Assembly: GCA_964605225.1 (NCBI GenBank)
Contig: CAZSAY010000002.1
Location: forward strand, 1,748-65,747
DNA from: an uncultured Thermodesulfobacteriota bacterium
Lineage (GTDB): Bacteria > Desulfobacterota > GWC2-55-46 > JADFVP01
Direction of reading: 5' to 3'
DNA: 64,000 nt
A model generated the notes under the pieces. It did no database searches. It saw only the letters and a program-made list of their open reading frames with translations, and had not been told where the DNA came from. Positions 47,453-57,108 of this stretch are shown here, piece by piece (position 1 is the first letter of the stretch; each line of letters starts with the position of its first letter). A program made the translations under genes and the position numbers.

Positions 47453-47644
47453 TTAGACAGCCCGTGTGACGGCCCCGGAACGAATACAGCGGGAGCAGAC
47501 CCTGATTTTTTGAACCTTACCCTCGTGAAGGGCGCGTACGCTCTGAAGGTTGGGGTTCCATCTCCTCTTTGTCTTGTTATGGGCATGGCTCACGTTGTTG
47601 CCGAATACTGGCCCTTTTTTACATATCTTGCATATCGCTGACAT
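47453..47644 (-). CDS. rpmB: 50S ribosomal protein L28
   Basis: 63 aa. [28 protein letters not shown]. Confidence 0.95.
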   Translation of the reverse strand: MSAICKICKKGPVFGNNVSHAHNKTKRRWNPNLQSVRALHEGKVQKIRVCSRCIRSGAVTRAV

Positions 47645-47766
47645 CTTTAAGATCCTCCACAGATTTTTAATCTTAAAAAAATATCATCTTTTAAGAAGTA
47701 GCGCAAGGTTTTTTTACGTTTTCGCGCCTATAGCCGAGATTACTCAGGGGAAGATTTTTTACACCC

Positions 47767-48438
47767 TCATATATCGGTGCTCTCTCCGGGATTTAATATC
47801 CTCACATCGGATTCCACACCCGCAAGGGCTGATTTAAAATCTTCGGGGTCCTGCCTTATGACATCAAAGGTATTGTAATGCATGGGTATTACCACGGTGG
47901 GGTCGAGCATCTTTACGGCGCGGGCCGCGTCCTCTATGCCCATGGTGAAGTTATCTCCTATGGGAAGGAGGGCGCAGTCAATGTTATTTGTCTCGCCTAT
48001 GAGCCGCATATCAAGAAAGAGTCCTGTGTCTCCTGCATGATAGACGGTTTTATTGTCCATGGTAACGATAAAACCACAGGGGTTTCCAACGGGCCCCTCG
48101 TCAGTAGTGGAGCCGTGATGCGCTATGGTGAGTTTAATCCTTCCAAAGGGAAAGTTGAAAGCCCCTCCTATGTGCATGGCGTGCCCCATGGCGCCCTTTG
48201 ATATACAGTAGTTAACAAGCTCAAAGGGTGCTATTACGGGGACGTTGTTAGCGGTCGCTATCTCTATGGCGTCACCGAGGTGGTCGGCGTGGCCGTGCGT
48301 TACGAGGACGGCGTCTACCTTTACATCAGCCGGTGTGATATCAGAAAGGGGGTTGCCTCTCAGAAATGGGTCTATGATAAGGTCGGCCCCTCTGGAGCGG
48401 AGCGAAAAACATGAGTGTCCGTGATATGTTATCTTCAT
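47767..48438 (-). CDS. UPF0173-type metallo-beta-lactamase-fold hydrolase
   Basis: MKITYHGHSCF...THGHADHLGD motif. Confidence 0.8.
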   Translation of the reverse strand: MKITYHGHSCFSLRSRGADLIIDPFLRGNPLSDITPADVKVDAVLVTHGHADHLGDAIEIATANNVPVIAPFELVNYCISKGAMGHAMHIGGAFNFPFGRIKLTIAHHGSTTDEGPVGNPCGFIVTMDNKTVYHAGDTGLFLDMRLIGETNNIDCALLPIGDNFTMGIEDAARAVKMLDPTVVIPMHYNTFDVIRQDPEDFKSALAGVESDVRILNPGESTDI

Positions 48439-48478
48439 AACGACCCTCTCGAAAGGTGAATGCGCGGTTGTGGTTTAA

Positions 48479-49270
48479 CTATTTCCCAAAGGTTATCTTC
48501 TTTGCACCCAGGAGGAGACAGGAGGCCTTTGGATAGGCCGATGTAATGGGTGAGCCGGAGGCTACCACCAGGACGCTGCCGCCTTTATCAAAGTAATACC
48601 CCTTTCCGATATTAAAGGAAAAACGTACCGTGCCTCCTTTGGAAGAGAGCTGTGATGTGGCCTCGGTTGAGCTAATGTCAATTACCCGGCCGTACCTTGA
48701 GATAAGGAAGGCGTCGATATAGAGGGAGTAAAACCTTCCACCCTTTTTCTTTTTCACCCGCATGGGTAGCGGCACAGGTGCTATCTGCACCCGCCCCTTT
48801 ACGTTAAGTAGAGGGAGCATCTCTTTGTAAAGAATCTTTGTTGAAAAGTTAAACTTCGTAATATCTGTTGGCAGTACGGCAAACCCGTCAATAGAAGTCG
48901 CATTACCGCATACGCGAAGCAGTGAGGGAAAGTGATTCTCTAACGAAGCGGCGTACCATACACTTGAGTTTCTAAGGTTTAAAGGGCTGAGTGCCTGCGC
49001 GTTTCGTATATACGTCTCTTTAAGGACACAGTCTTTTAGTAGCGACCGGCTTTCGCCCGATCCGCGCCTGCAGACCGCGTAGATATCATCAGGCACGGGA
49101 TTGCCGGCAAGCCATGTCGCCGCCTTTGTCTCTGCCTCTATACAGCTTTTAAAAGACCTGTGCACAGACGCGGCGTTTTCTTTACAGAACTCCTTGATGG
49201 GAGCCGCCGTGGAGACGACAGGGTAAAAAAGGATAAGGGCCAGAACTGTAAAAAAAATATTCTTTTTCAT
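48479..49270 (-). CDS. Hypothetical exported protein
   Basis: A signal peptide MKKNIFFTVLALILFYPVVSTAAP follows ATG 49270. The mature part contains several Cys residues. No family recognised. Confidence 0.5.
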   Translation of the reverse strand: MKKNIFFTVLALILFYPVVSTAAPIKEFCKENAASVHRSFKSCIEAETKAATWLAGNPVPDDIYAVCRRGSGESRSLLKDCVLKETYIRNAQALSPLNLRNSSVWYAASLENHFPSLLRVCGNATSIDGFAVLPTDITKFNFSTKILYKEMLPLLNVKGRVQIAPVPLPMRVKKKKGGRFYSLYIDAFLISRYGRVIDISSTEATSQLSSKGGTVRFSFNIGKGYYFDKGGSVLVVASGSPITSAYPKASCLLLGAKKITFGK

Positions 49271-49313
49271 TACACACCTCGATTTAATGGTACTGAATAT
49301 AGTATCCGGTGAG

Positions 49314-49748
49314 TTAAAAACCAATTACTTTAATACCAGATCTTTTAAGAAGGGCCGCCGTCACCCCCGTGCCCTTGCAGGTGCGGGCCCCTCTGCAGAT
49401 GGAATTTACCCCGCAGGAGGGACTGCCTTCTTTTAATATGGCCTTACTGATACCGAGTTCACGGGCAATTTTCACGGTGGCCTCTGCCCCTCGGATAAAA
49501 GAATATGTTATGACGCGGCCCTCAAGGTCCACGACATCGGCCTTACCATCCAGTACGTCTTCACCTGTGCCCCTTTCTATGAGGGCCGCTGTCCTCGGAG
49601 TATTTAGCCCCCCCAACTGCTCCGGGCATACGGGCACCGCCAGAGGCCCGGCCGCTTTCACGGCCTCTGCGTCAAATGAAGATCCTCCGTCGTAGCGCGT
49701 TCTAATTCCAAGAAGGCAGGCGCTTATTAAAACGGGTTTATTCTCCAT
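49314..49748 (-). CDS. DUF523 (TudS/YbbK-like) protein
   Basis: ISACLLGIRTRYDGG...VPVCPEQLGGL..PR...SPSCG pattern of DUF523. Confidence 0.75.
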   Translation of the reverse strand: MENKPVLISACLLGIRTRYDGGSSFDAEAVKAAGPLAVPVCPEQLGGLNTPRTAALIERGTGEDVLDGKADVVDLEGRVITYSFIRGAEATVKIARELGISKAILKEGSPSCGVNSICRGARTCKGTGVTAALLKRSGIKVIGF

Positions 49749-49774
49749 AACGACTACTCCAGATGCTATTGCCT

Positions 49775-50491
49775 TTACATCATGGATACAGCGGGGTTTT
49801 CCATGGCAATATCTTTTTTCGCCATGGCGGGCCCTCTTACGATGACCCTTTTATCTTTTACAACCAGCCTCCCGGCCGCGAAGAGCTTTATGGCCGCAGG
49901 CAGAATCCGGTGCTCTTCGGCAAGAATCCTCCCGGCCAGAACTTCGGCGGTATCGTCATCATAGACAGGGACAACGGCCTGGATTATGATGGGCCCCGTA
50001 TCAAGGCCTTTGTCAACAAAATGTACCGTGCATCCCGAGAACTTTACGCCTGCGTCAATGGCCCTCTGATGAACGTCGAGGCCCGTAAAAGAGGGTAGGA
50101 TGGCGGGGTGTATGTTGATAATCTGCTCGGGAAATGCGTCTATAAAGGCCGTGCCGAGAACGCGCATGAAACCTGCGAGCACGACAAGTCCCACGCCGCG
50201 GGACTTTAATTCCTTAATAAGCGCCCCATCAAAGTCCGCCCTTGTGGCAAAGTTTTTTTTCTCGACAAGGACGCCTTCAATGCCGTGCTTTTTTGCCCGT
50301 TCAAGGGCCATAGCCCCGGGCCGGTCGCAAAGCACTACCTCGATACTGACATTCGTGAGTTTACCCTTTGAGATGGCGTCTATTATACATTGAAGGTTAG
50401 TCCCTCTTCCAGAGGCGATGACACCTATCTTTAGAATGGGGTCTTCTTCTTTCTCGTTCCCGGCGCTCAAGAGAATAGCCCCCTGCCGCAA
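49775..50491 (-). CDS. purN: Phosphoribosylglycinamide formyltransferase
   Basis: IGVIASGRGTNL, NIHPAILP and HFVD..LDTGPII motifs. The only available start overlaps the purM 3' end by 25 nt. Confidence 0.9.
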   Translation of the reverse strand: MRQGAILLSAGNEKEEDPILKIGVIASGRGTNLQCIIDAISKGKLTNVSIEVVLCDRPGAMALERAKKHGIEGVLVEKKNFATRADFDGALIKELKSRGVGLVVLAGFMRVLGTAFIDAFPEQIINIHPAILPSFTGLDVHQRAIDAGVKFSGCTVHFVDKGLDTGPIIIQAVVPVYDDDTAEVLAGRILAEEHRILPAAIKLFAAGRLVVKDKRVIVRGPAMAKKDIAMENPAVSMM

Positions 50492-51534
50492 AACTCAACG
50501 GCCCTCTCACCGCGTTTTTTCCTCTCAATATGGCCTATAATACGGGCATCCTCGCCGTCCCTCTCAAGGCCCCTTATGATTGCCTTGCTCGAAGCCTCTT
50601 CGGCGATGATAATAAAACCTATGCCGCAGTTGAAGGTCCTCATCATCTCCATCTCATCAACAGGCCCGCCGCTGCAAATGAGCTTGAATATGGGCGGGGC
50701 CGTCCAGCTTTCCCTGTTTATGACCGCCTTAAGGCCGGCCGGGAGTACCCTTGGAATATTTTCCTGAAATCCTCCGCCCGTAATGTGGACCATGCCCTTT
50801 AATTTGAATCTTCGGGCAACCTTCAGGACGGGTTTTACGTATATCCTCGTAGGCGCAAGGAGCGCAGTGGCAAGGGAGCGGCCCTTGAGCCCCTTAACGC
50901 GTTTTTTAATATCAAGGCCGAGCCTCTCGAAGAGGACCTTTCGGGCAAGGGAATATCCGTTGCTGTGAAGCCCGCTTGAGCTAATGCCTATGAGGACGTG
51001 ACCCTCTTTTATTGAGGTGCCGTCTATAATCTTTTTTCTCTCCACAACGCCCACGGCAAAACCCGCGAGGTCGTATTCACCGGCCTTGTATATGCCGGGC
51101 ATCTCAGCCGTCTCTCCGCCTATGAGGGCGCAACCGGCGTCCTCACAGCCGGCGGCTATGCCTTTTATAACTACTGCGGCCTTTTTGCCGTCAAGGGCCC
51201 CTGTTGCGAAGTAATCAAGAAAAAAGAGCGGCTCGGCACCGGAAGTGAGTATGTCGTTTACGTTCATGGCAACAAGGTCAATGCCAACGGTGGAGTCCAC
51301 CCCTGCCATGAAAGCTACGATAAGTTTAGTGCCCACACCATCAGTAGAGGAGACGAGCACAGGGTCTTTCATTCCCTTGAACCCGGCGCAAAAAAGGGCG
51401 CCGAAGCCGCCGGGGCCTCCCTGGACCTCTTTTCTCATGGTTTTTTTAAGAGCCGGACTTATAAGCCCGAGGAGCCTCTGCCCCTCTTTAATATCAACAC
51501 CGGAATCCCGGTAGGTTAACCCTGTTTTTTTCAT
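50467..51534 (-). CDS. purM: Phosphoribosylformylglycinamidine cyclo-ligase
   Basis: LTYRDSGVDI...DGVGTK...DYFATG motifs. I chose ATG 51534 (MKKTGLTY). Confidence 0.95.
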   Translation of the reverse strand: MKKTGLTYRDSGVDIKEGQRLLGLISPALKKTMRKEVQGGPGGFGALFCAGFKGMKDPVLVSSTDGVGTKLIVAFMAGVDSTVGIDLVAMNVNDILTSGAEPLFFLDYFATGALDGKKAAVVIKGIAAGCEDAGCALIGGETAEMPGIYKAGEYDLAGFAVGVVERKKIIDGTSIKEGHVLIGISSSGLHSNGYSLARKVLFERLGLDIKKRVKGLKGRSLATALLAPTRIYVKPVLKVARRFKLKGMVHITGGGFQENIPRVLPAGLKAVINRESWTAPPIFKLICSGGPVDEMEMMRTFNCGIGFIIIAEEASSKAIIRGLERDGEDARIIGHIERKKRGERAVEFCGRGLFS

Positions 51535-51684
51535 TGTGAAAATAGAATAATCCAAACGGCTGTGAAAGTCAATATCACGGGAGGGTCAATCCGTGTATTT
51601 TTGCGTAAAGAATAAAGATTGTATTAGAGGCTGGTTTACATTATATTGAGTGATTGTAAAATACCTTCTGCCGGTGAGCTTCTG

Positions 51685-52431
51685 ATGCGTAAAAAACTCA
51701 TACTTATCTCCAATGACGACGGCATTCATTCCGTTGGTCTAAAGGCCCTTGGCTCTAAATTACGGGGCCTTGGAAACGTCTACATAGTCGCCCCGGACCG
51801 TGAGAGAAGCGCGTCGAGTCATTCACTTACCCTGCATAGGCCCTTGAGGGTTACAAAGGCAGGGGAGCGTGAATGGTCCATTGACGGCACGCCCACGGAT
51901 TGCGTTACCCTTGCCGTTAACTCAATTTTACCTCGAAGGCCCGATTTAGTTATATCAGGGATAAACCTTGGCAACAACCTTGGTGAAGACGTCTTATACT
52001 CCGGCACTGTCTCGGCGGCCATGGAAGGCACTATGCTCGGCATACCCTCCGTGGCAATCTCGCTTGGCGCGCCCTTTGAGAAGGGCATGGGATTCGCCGC
52101 GGATTTTGCCGCAGTTGTTGCCGAGCGGATGTTCGCCGAGGGCCTTCCAACTGACACTTTACTAAATATCAACGTGCCCTCCGTTAAGAATATAAAGGGG
52201 CACAGGATAACGAGGCTTGGAAAGCGTTTTTTCTCTGATGTTGTAATAGAGAAGATAGATCCGCGCGGGAAAAAATACTTCTGGATAGGCGGAGAGGTAG
52301 AGAGATGGGAAGGCGGTGAGAACTCTGATTTTTACGCCATTTCCAGGGGATATGTCTCGATCACCCCTCTACACTTCGATTTAACCAATTACTCATCCAT
52401 TGAGAGACTTAAAGGTTGGGACTTTGCCTGA
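51685..52431 (+). CDS. surE: 5'/3'-nucleotidase SurE
   Basis: ILISNDDGI...SGINLGNNLG..V.YSGTV.AA motifs. Confidence 0.9.
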   Translation: MRKKLILISNDDGIHSVGLKALGSKLRGLGNVYIVAPDRERSASSHSLTLHRPLRVTKAGEREWSIDGTPTDCVTLAVNSILPRRPDLVISGINLGNNLGEDVLYSGTVSAAMEGTMLGIPSVAISLGAPFEKGMGFAADFAAVVAERMFAEGLPTDTLLNINVPSVKNIKGHRITRLGKRFFSDVVIEKIDPRGKKYFWIGGEVERWEGGENSDFYAISRGYVSITPLHFDLTNYSSIERLKGWDFA

Positions 52432-52461
52432 AAAAGGGAGCTCTCGCCGGGATAAAAATAT

Positions 52462-53151
52462 ATGGTAAACCCTCGCGGCATACGTGTAAAGACCAGTGAC
52501 GCCTATTCTATTTCCAGGGCCCGCATGGTAGATGAACAACTTGTAAAACGTGGGATAAAAGACAAACGCCTTTTGAAGGCTATATCTATCGTACCAAGGC
52601 ACCTCTTTGTGGAGGAAGGTTTCGCGGCAAGGGCCTACGGCGATTATGCCCTTCCCATAGGCGAGAAGCAGACCATTACACAGCCTTACATGGTGGCCTT
52701 TATGATAGAGCGGCTGGGGCTGAAGGGCGGCGAAAAAGTCCTTGATGTTGGTTCGGGCTCAGGGTACCAGAGCGCCGTGCTATCGCTTCTCGCCGAGAGG
52801 GTCTTTTGCATGGAGAGGCTTTCGAGAATAGCCGCCAGATCAAGAAGGCTTCTTGATGAATTTCACTGCTCGAATGTTGTTTTAAGGGTAGGGGACGGCA
52901 CCCTCGGCTGGAGTGAAGAGGCCCCTTTTGACGCCATTATAGTCGGTGCCTCGGGGCCGCGACTCCCCGGCAAGCTCCTTGACCAGCTCGGTCCCGGCGG
53001 AAGGCTCATTATGCCCGTTGGTGAGGATTTCGAGGACCAGCGCCTTATCCTTGTGACGAGAAGGGGTTCGGTCTTTGATAAAGTCGAGCTTGGCGCCTGC
53101 CGTTTTGTCAGGCTTCTTGGCAGGGATGGCTGGCCTGAAAAGAAAAATTAG
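52462..53151 (+). CDS. pcm: Protein-L-isoaspartate O-methyltransferase
   Basis: ISIVPRHLFV...QTITQPYMVA...VLDVGSGSGYQSAVL motifs, positioned directly after surE. Confidence 0.9.
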   Translation: MVNPRGIRVKTSDAYSISRARMVDEQLVKRGIKDKRLLKAISIVPRHLFVEEGFAARAYGDYALPIGEKQTITQPYMVAFMIERLGLKGGEKVLDVGSGSGYQSAVLSLLAERVFCMERLSRIAARSRRLLDEFHCSNVVLRVGDGTLGWSEEAPFDAIIVGASGPRLPGKLLDQLGPGGRLIMPVGEDFEDQRLILVTRRGSVFDKVELGACRFVRLLGRDGWPEKKN

Positions 53152-53202
53152 ACTATAGAGTTAAAATACTTAAAAACAAAACAACTTTAAAATGAGTAAT
53201 TC

Positions 53203-53784
53203 ATGGTAAGAAGGCTTTATGACTGGGTCCTTGGCTGGGCACATAAACCCCATGGAGCCATCGCGCTCTTTGCGTTAGCCTTTGCGGAATCGTCTTTTTT
53301 TCCAATCCCCCCGGATGTCCTGCTAATAGCCCTTGCCCTCTCCATTCCGGCAAGGAGCCTCTATTTTGCGGCCATCGCCTCACTGGGTTCAGTCCTTGGA
53401 GGCATCCTGGGCTACGGCATAGGGCTCTATTTTATGCATTTCATCGGGGCTCATATTATAAATCTTTACGGCCTTGCTGATAAATTCGATTACATTCAGA
53501 ACCTATACAGGTCTTACGACGCCTGGGCTGTTGCCATAGCCGGGTTTACCCCCATACCTTACAAGGTCTTCACCATTACGGCAGGCGCCTTCAGGATAAA
53601 CTTTTTTGTCTTCGTGCTGGCCTCCTTTATCAGCCGCTCGGCGAGGTTTTTCATAATCGCCTTACTTATAAGGAGATACGGCAACCCCATAAGGGTATTT
53701 ATCGAGAAATACTTTAATATCCTTACCCTTATATTTGTTCTACTGCTAATAGGCGGGTTTGTAATTATAAAGCTTATTTTGTAG
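53203..53784 (+). CDS. YqaA/DedA-superfamily (VTT domain) membrane protein
   Basis: FAESSFFPIPPDVLL...FTPIPYKVFTITAG motifs. Confidence 0.75.
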   Translation: MVRRLYDWVLGWAHKPHGAIALFALAFAESSFFPIPPDVLLIALALSIPARSLYFAAIASLGSVLGGILGYGIGLYFMHFIGAHIINLYGLADKFDYIQNLYRSYDAWAVAIAGFTPIPYKVFTITAGAFRINFFVFVLASFISRSARFFIIALLIRRYGNPIRVFIEKYFNILTLIFVLLLIGGFVIIKLIL

Positions 53785-53802
53785 TATAAAAAAGGTCTGT
53801 TT

Positions 53803-54276
53803 ATGGTCGAGACGATAAAAAAAAGACTCATAGGGGTAATAGGAGGGGGGCGCTCGGAGCCCGCGGTCCGTGAGATGGCCTATGAGGTGGGCCGGCTTAT
53901 CGCACTTAACGGTTTTGGTCTTGTGAACGGCGGTCTCGGCGGGGTCATGGAGGCCTCGGCAGAGGGGTGTGTAAGTGAATCAGGGCTTACAGTCGGCATA
54001 CTGCCTGGGCTGGAGGCCGAAGAGGCCAACCCTTATATAGAGTTAATCCTGCCCACCGGGCTTGGAGACATGCGCAATCTCCTCGTGGTGCGCGCCTCAA
54101 AGGCCCTTATCGCCATAGGCGGCAGTTTCGGCACACTCTCGGAGATAGCCATCGGCATGAAGGCCGGTATACCTGTAATCGGACTTCATACATGGGATAT
54201 AGCCCTGGAGTTAAAGGCCGATGCCCCTGAAGAGGCAGTAAGGATGGCCATTGCCGCCATTGGAGAAAGAGGGTAA
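53803..54276 (+). CDS. TIGR00725-family (LOG/DprA-like Rossmann) protein
   Basis: IGVIGGG...GLVNGGLGGVMEA...IAIGGSFGTLSE pattern. Confidence 0.7.
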   Translation: MVETIKKRLIGVIGGGRSEPAVREMAYEVGRLIALNGFGLVNGGLGGVMEASAEGCVSESGLTVGILPGLEAEEANPYIELILPTGLGDMRNLLVVRASKALIAIGGSFGTLSEIAIGMKAGIPVIGLHTWDIALELKADAPEEAVRMAIAAIGERG

Positions 54277-54337
54277 AGAGTCTCAGGCAACCCTTTTTAT
54301 GGTCATATCATGATATTTTTTTTAGAGGGTTCTTTAC

Positions 54338-55012
54338 GTGACAGACTCGTGGCTTAAGTCTTGTGGTGCCGTTATAATCCTCACATTTATACTGACTTCG
54401 TGCTTTGGCGGCGGCGTTTATCACACCGTTAGAGAGGGTGAGACCCTGTGGAGGATATCGCGCACCTATGATGTGAAGTTAGAGAAGGTTATAAAGGCAA
54501 ATCACATTAAAGACCCCCGTGATATAAATACCGGGAGGAGGTTGTTTATTCCCGGCGCCGATAAGGTACGGAGGGTATCGCCTGCACGTGTAAAGGGCGC
54601 TGAAGGTTCATCATCAAAGGTAAAGAAAAGCACGGCAAGATTCAGAGGCGGCTTTTTATGGCCCGTAAAGGGGAGGCTTCTTCGTTCCTTTGGCACAAAA
54701 AAAGGCATACGAAACGACGGCATAGATATATTTACCCGCGTTAACACCCCTGTAAAGGCGGCTAAAGAGGGGCGTGTTGTCTATGTGGCCGATACTTTCA
54801 GGTCATATGGTAAGATAATTATCATAAAACACCGCCATGATATATATACTGTTTACGCCAATAACAAGACTAATGGCGTCTCAAAAGGCGAAGAGGTCAA
54901 AAAAGGTCAGATAATAGCAAGGGCCGGCTCAGGGGAAAGTAAAGAGGACTTTATACACTTTGAGGTGAGGGAGGGAAAAGATCCTGTAAATCCGCTTTTT
55001 TTCCTTCCCTGA
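54338..55012 (+). CDS. LysM domain + M23 peptidase (NlpD-like)
   Basis: LysM segment YHTVREGETLWRISRTYDV. M23 core GIDIF...IIIKH...YANN...IHFEVR. GTG start. Confidence 0.8.
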   Translation: MTDSWLKSCGAVIILTFILTSCFGGGVYHTVREGETLWRISRTYDVKLEKVIKANHIKDPRDINTGRRLFIPGADKVRRVSPARVKGAEGSSSKVKKSTARFRGGFLWPVKGRLLRSFGTKKGIRNDGIDIFTRVNTPVKAAKEGRVVYVADTFRSYGKIIIIKHRHDIYTVYANNKTNGVSKGEEVKKGQIIARAGSGESKEDFIHFEVREGKDPVNPLFFLP

Positions 55013-55061
55013 TTAGAGACTGAAGAGCAGAGGAAAAACACAACGAAAAAGGAGAAGTACG

Positions 55062-55580
55062 ATGACGGAAAAATTAAAGGCATCAATAAGGAATATACCG
55101 GATTTTCCCAAAAAAGGGATACTTTTTAAGGATATAACCACATTGTGCAAAGACGCTTTGTCTTTTCAGCGCACCGTTGATCTCCTTGGTCACAGATACG
55201 TGGGCAAGGGCATAGAACTCGTTGTGGGCGTAGAGGCGAGGGGTTTTATCATCGGGGCGGCCCTTGCCTACAAGCTGGGCGCCGGCGTGGTCCTTGTAAG
55301 GAAACCGGGAAAATTGCCTCATAAGACTCATAAGACATCCTATAGCCTTGAGTACGGAGAGGACACTCTGGAGATACATCAGGACGCTATACAAAAGGGT
55401 CAGAAGGTGATTATAGCAGACGACCTCCTTGCCACGGGCGGCACGGCAGGAGCTGTTGTGAAGCTTATAAAGGGCATGGGAGGGGAGATAGAGGAATGCG
55501 CCTTTATAATAGAGCTTGAGGAATTAAAGGGTAGAGAAAAACTTGGAGGTTGTCCCACATTTTCGCTTTTAAAATTTTAA
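55062..55580 (+). CDS. apt: Adenine phosphoribosyltransferase
   Basis: [15 protein letters not shown]...[13 protein letters not shown] PRTase motif. Confidence 0.95.
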   Translation: MTEKLKASIRNIPDFPKKGILFKDITTLCKDALSFQRTVDLLGHRYVGKGIELVVGVEARGFIIGAALAYKLGAGVVLVRKPGKLPHKTHKTSYSLEYGEDTLEIHQDAIQKGQKVIIADDLLATGGTAGAVVKLIKGMGGEIEECAFIIELEELKGREKLGGCPTFSLLKF

Positions 55581-55608
55581 GGTATGTGAGGTGTTTACAA
55601 GAGGCGTA

Positions 55609-55640
55609 AAGAAGGGCCTTCCGTTCTGAAGGCCCTTCTT
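55609..55640 (+). terminator. 13-bp perfect hairpin after apt (weak U-tail)
   Basis: AAGAAGGGCCTTC (55609-55621), loop cgttct, GAAGGCCCTTCTT (55628-55640). Confidence 0.55.
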
Positions 55641-55686
55641 ACTGTTGTAATAGAAAAATAGCAGGTTCTTCAATATACTCTCAGGC

Positions 55687-55714
55687 AAAAAAAAGCCGCG
55701 CTCTAATACGCGAC
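55687..55714 (-). terminator. Intrinsic terminator on the minus strand ending the pilZ 3' region
   Basis: The minus strand reads GUCGCG-uauuagag-CGCGGC followed by U8 (plus-strand A8 at 55687-55694). Confidence 0.7.
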
Positions 55715-55748
55715 AAATTCAGATGATTTTTTATGTTTTTGCCTCTTT

Positions 55749-55838
55749 CCCCCTTTTGCCCTTCCCCCCCCCTTTATTAAGTCCCTTTTTTTGCCCTTTT
55801 ACGCCCCTCTTCTTGCCCCTTTACGCCCCTTTTGCCCC
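55749..55838 (-). ncRNA. Purine-rich G-tract repeat region (candidate long 3' UTR or 3'-derived sRNA) between pilZ stop and terminator
   Basis: The minus strand reads GAAGGGGCAAAAGGGGCGUAAAGGGGCAAGAAGAGGGGCGUAAAAGGGCAAAAAAAGGGAC...GGGGGGGGGAAGGGCAAAAGGGGGAAAGAGGC. It has nine G3-G9 tracts, and GGGGCGUAAA(A)GGG occurs twice. Confidence 0.35.
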
Positions 55839-55939
55839 TTCGCGCCGGTGGGTGTTGGTGTTAAAAGCACGGAAGGCCTTTTGTACTTCAGGCCCTTTTG
55901 CCAATCACGCCACGTTTACCTTTTTTCATCAAAATGAAT

Positions 55940-56218
55940 TTATTTAAGGAATTGAAGGCCCATTTTAAACTGATTTTTAACTGCTTTTGTCCATCTGACC
56001 TCAGCGATACACGGAACCTGAACTTCTGTATGTTTTAGTTCCAACCAGAGAGTTATGACCCTTCCCGGGTCAAGAACTTTTTCGCTCTGTATGCATGCTC
56101 CCGCAGAACTAACGTCAATAATATCGGTATCTACGGGCTCGCAGTTGTGGTCGAAGCTGTTGACCTCAAACCAGCTTGCTGTGTTAAGTGGTGTCCTTGG
56201 ATATCCTCTATCAAGCAC
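55940..56218 (-). CDS. Stand-alone PilZ-domain protein (putative c-di-GMP receptor)
   Basis: 92 aa with an RxxxR-like DRGYPR near the N-terminus and DVSSAG (D-x-S-x-x-G). Confidence 0.65.
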   Translation of the reverse strand: MLDRGYPRTPLNTASWFEVNSFDHNCEPVDTDIIDVSSAGACIQSEKVLDPGRVITLWLELKHTEVQVPCIAEVRWTKAVKNQFKMGLQFLK

Positions 56219-56320
56219 AATTTCCTCCTATGTGGTTTTTTATATATCAACTGGAAGTGAATGTCAATCCCCCATTCGGGGGGGGTGTGACATTTTCTTT
56301 AAAAAAAAGGGGAAAAAAGG

Positions 56321-57091
56321 TTATTTTTTTATCAGAGATATCACAAATGTAACCATGAAGAAGATCGAGCAGAGCAGTATAAAGACAGGTCCCGGCGGTA
56401 GCAGGGTTAATTTTGAGATGATTATTCCGAGCACGGCCGCGGCGATACCAAAGGCCATGCTGTACTTCATATATCCGATGATGCTATTTGAGATATTTTT
56501 TGCCGTGGCGGCAGGCACTATGATGAGAGAGCCCATCATGAGCGCGCCAACAAAACGTATGCCCTGAGCCACGGATACGGCGAAGATGAGAAGATAAATA
56601 AGGTCGATGAGTTTGGTATTTATACCCACGGAGAGGGCAATCTCAGGGGATATCATATTAAGGGTAATGGTTTTGTAAAACTTTAATACAACGGCTATTA
56701 GTATTATTGAGATGATTATTGATGAAATGGATTCCAGCCATCCAAGGTCGAGGATGTTTCCAAAGAGCGCTTCAAGGAGCTCGTGTTCCGGAGTGATGAG
56801 GGCTCCGAGGGCGAGGCTTGATGTAAAAAAAACACCCACGATAGTGTCTATGGGAAGGGTGGATTTATTCTGCACCACCCAGATACCGAAGACGGCAAAA
56901 AGGAGGAACACGAGAGCGCCGATAAAGGGGTTGATGTTTAGAAGCAGAGCTATTGCAAGGCCCGGGAGGGCCACGTGAGAGAGGGCGTCACCTACAAGGG
57001 CCATTCTTTTTAAGACGGCAAAGGAGCCCAGGAGGCTTGCCGCGGCGGCCACAAAGGCCGCTACGATTATGGGCAGGATGATATCATGCAT
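56321..57091 (-). CDS. Metal (Zn/Mn-type) ABC transporter permease, ABC-3 family
   Basis: 256 aa polytopic protein. LLGSFAVLKRMALVGDALSHVALPG is typical of ZnuB/MntB-like permeases. Confidence 0.85.
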   Translation of the reverse strand: MHDIILPIIVAAFVAAAASLLGSFAVLKRMALVGDALSHVALPGLAIALLLNINPFIGALVFLLFAVFGIWVVQNKSTLPIDTIVGVFFTSSLALGALITPEHELLEALFGNILDLGWLESISSIIISIILIAVVLKFYKTITLNMISPEIALSVGINTKLIDLIYLLIFAVSVAQGIRFVGALMMGSLIIVPAATAKNISNSIIGYMKYSMAFGIAAAVLGIIISKLTLLPPGPVFILLCSIFFMVTFVISLIKK

Positions 57092-57108
57092 GGTATATAA
57101 ACCGTCCT

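Noticed and set aside
55723-55947. 74-aa plus-strand ORF (MIFYVFASFPLLPFPPPLLSPFFCPF...)
   Set aside because: It is a translation of a pyrimidine-only low-complexity tract. It has no SD and lies after the apt terminator. The region is better explained as the complement of a purine-rich minus-strand RNA.
56055-56567. 170-aa plus-strand ORF overlapping pilZ and the ABC permease
   Set aside because: It is antisense to two genes with clear family motifs and has no motifs of its own.
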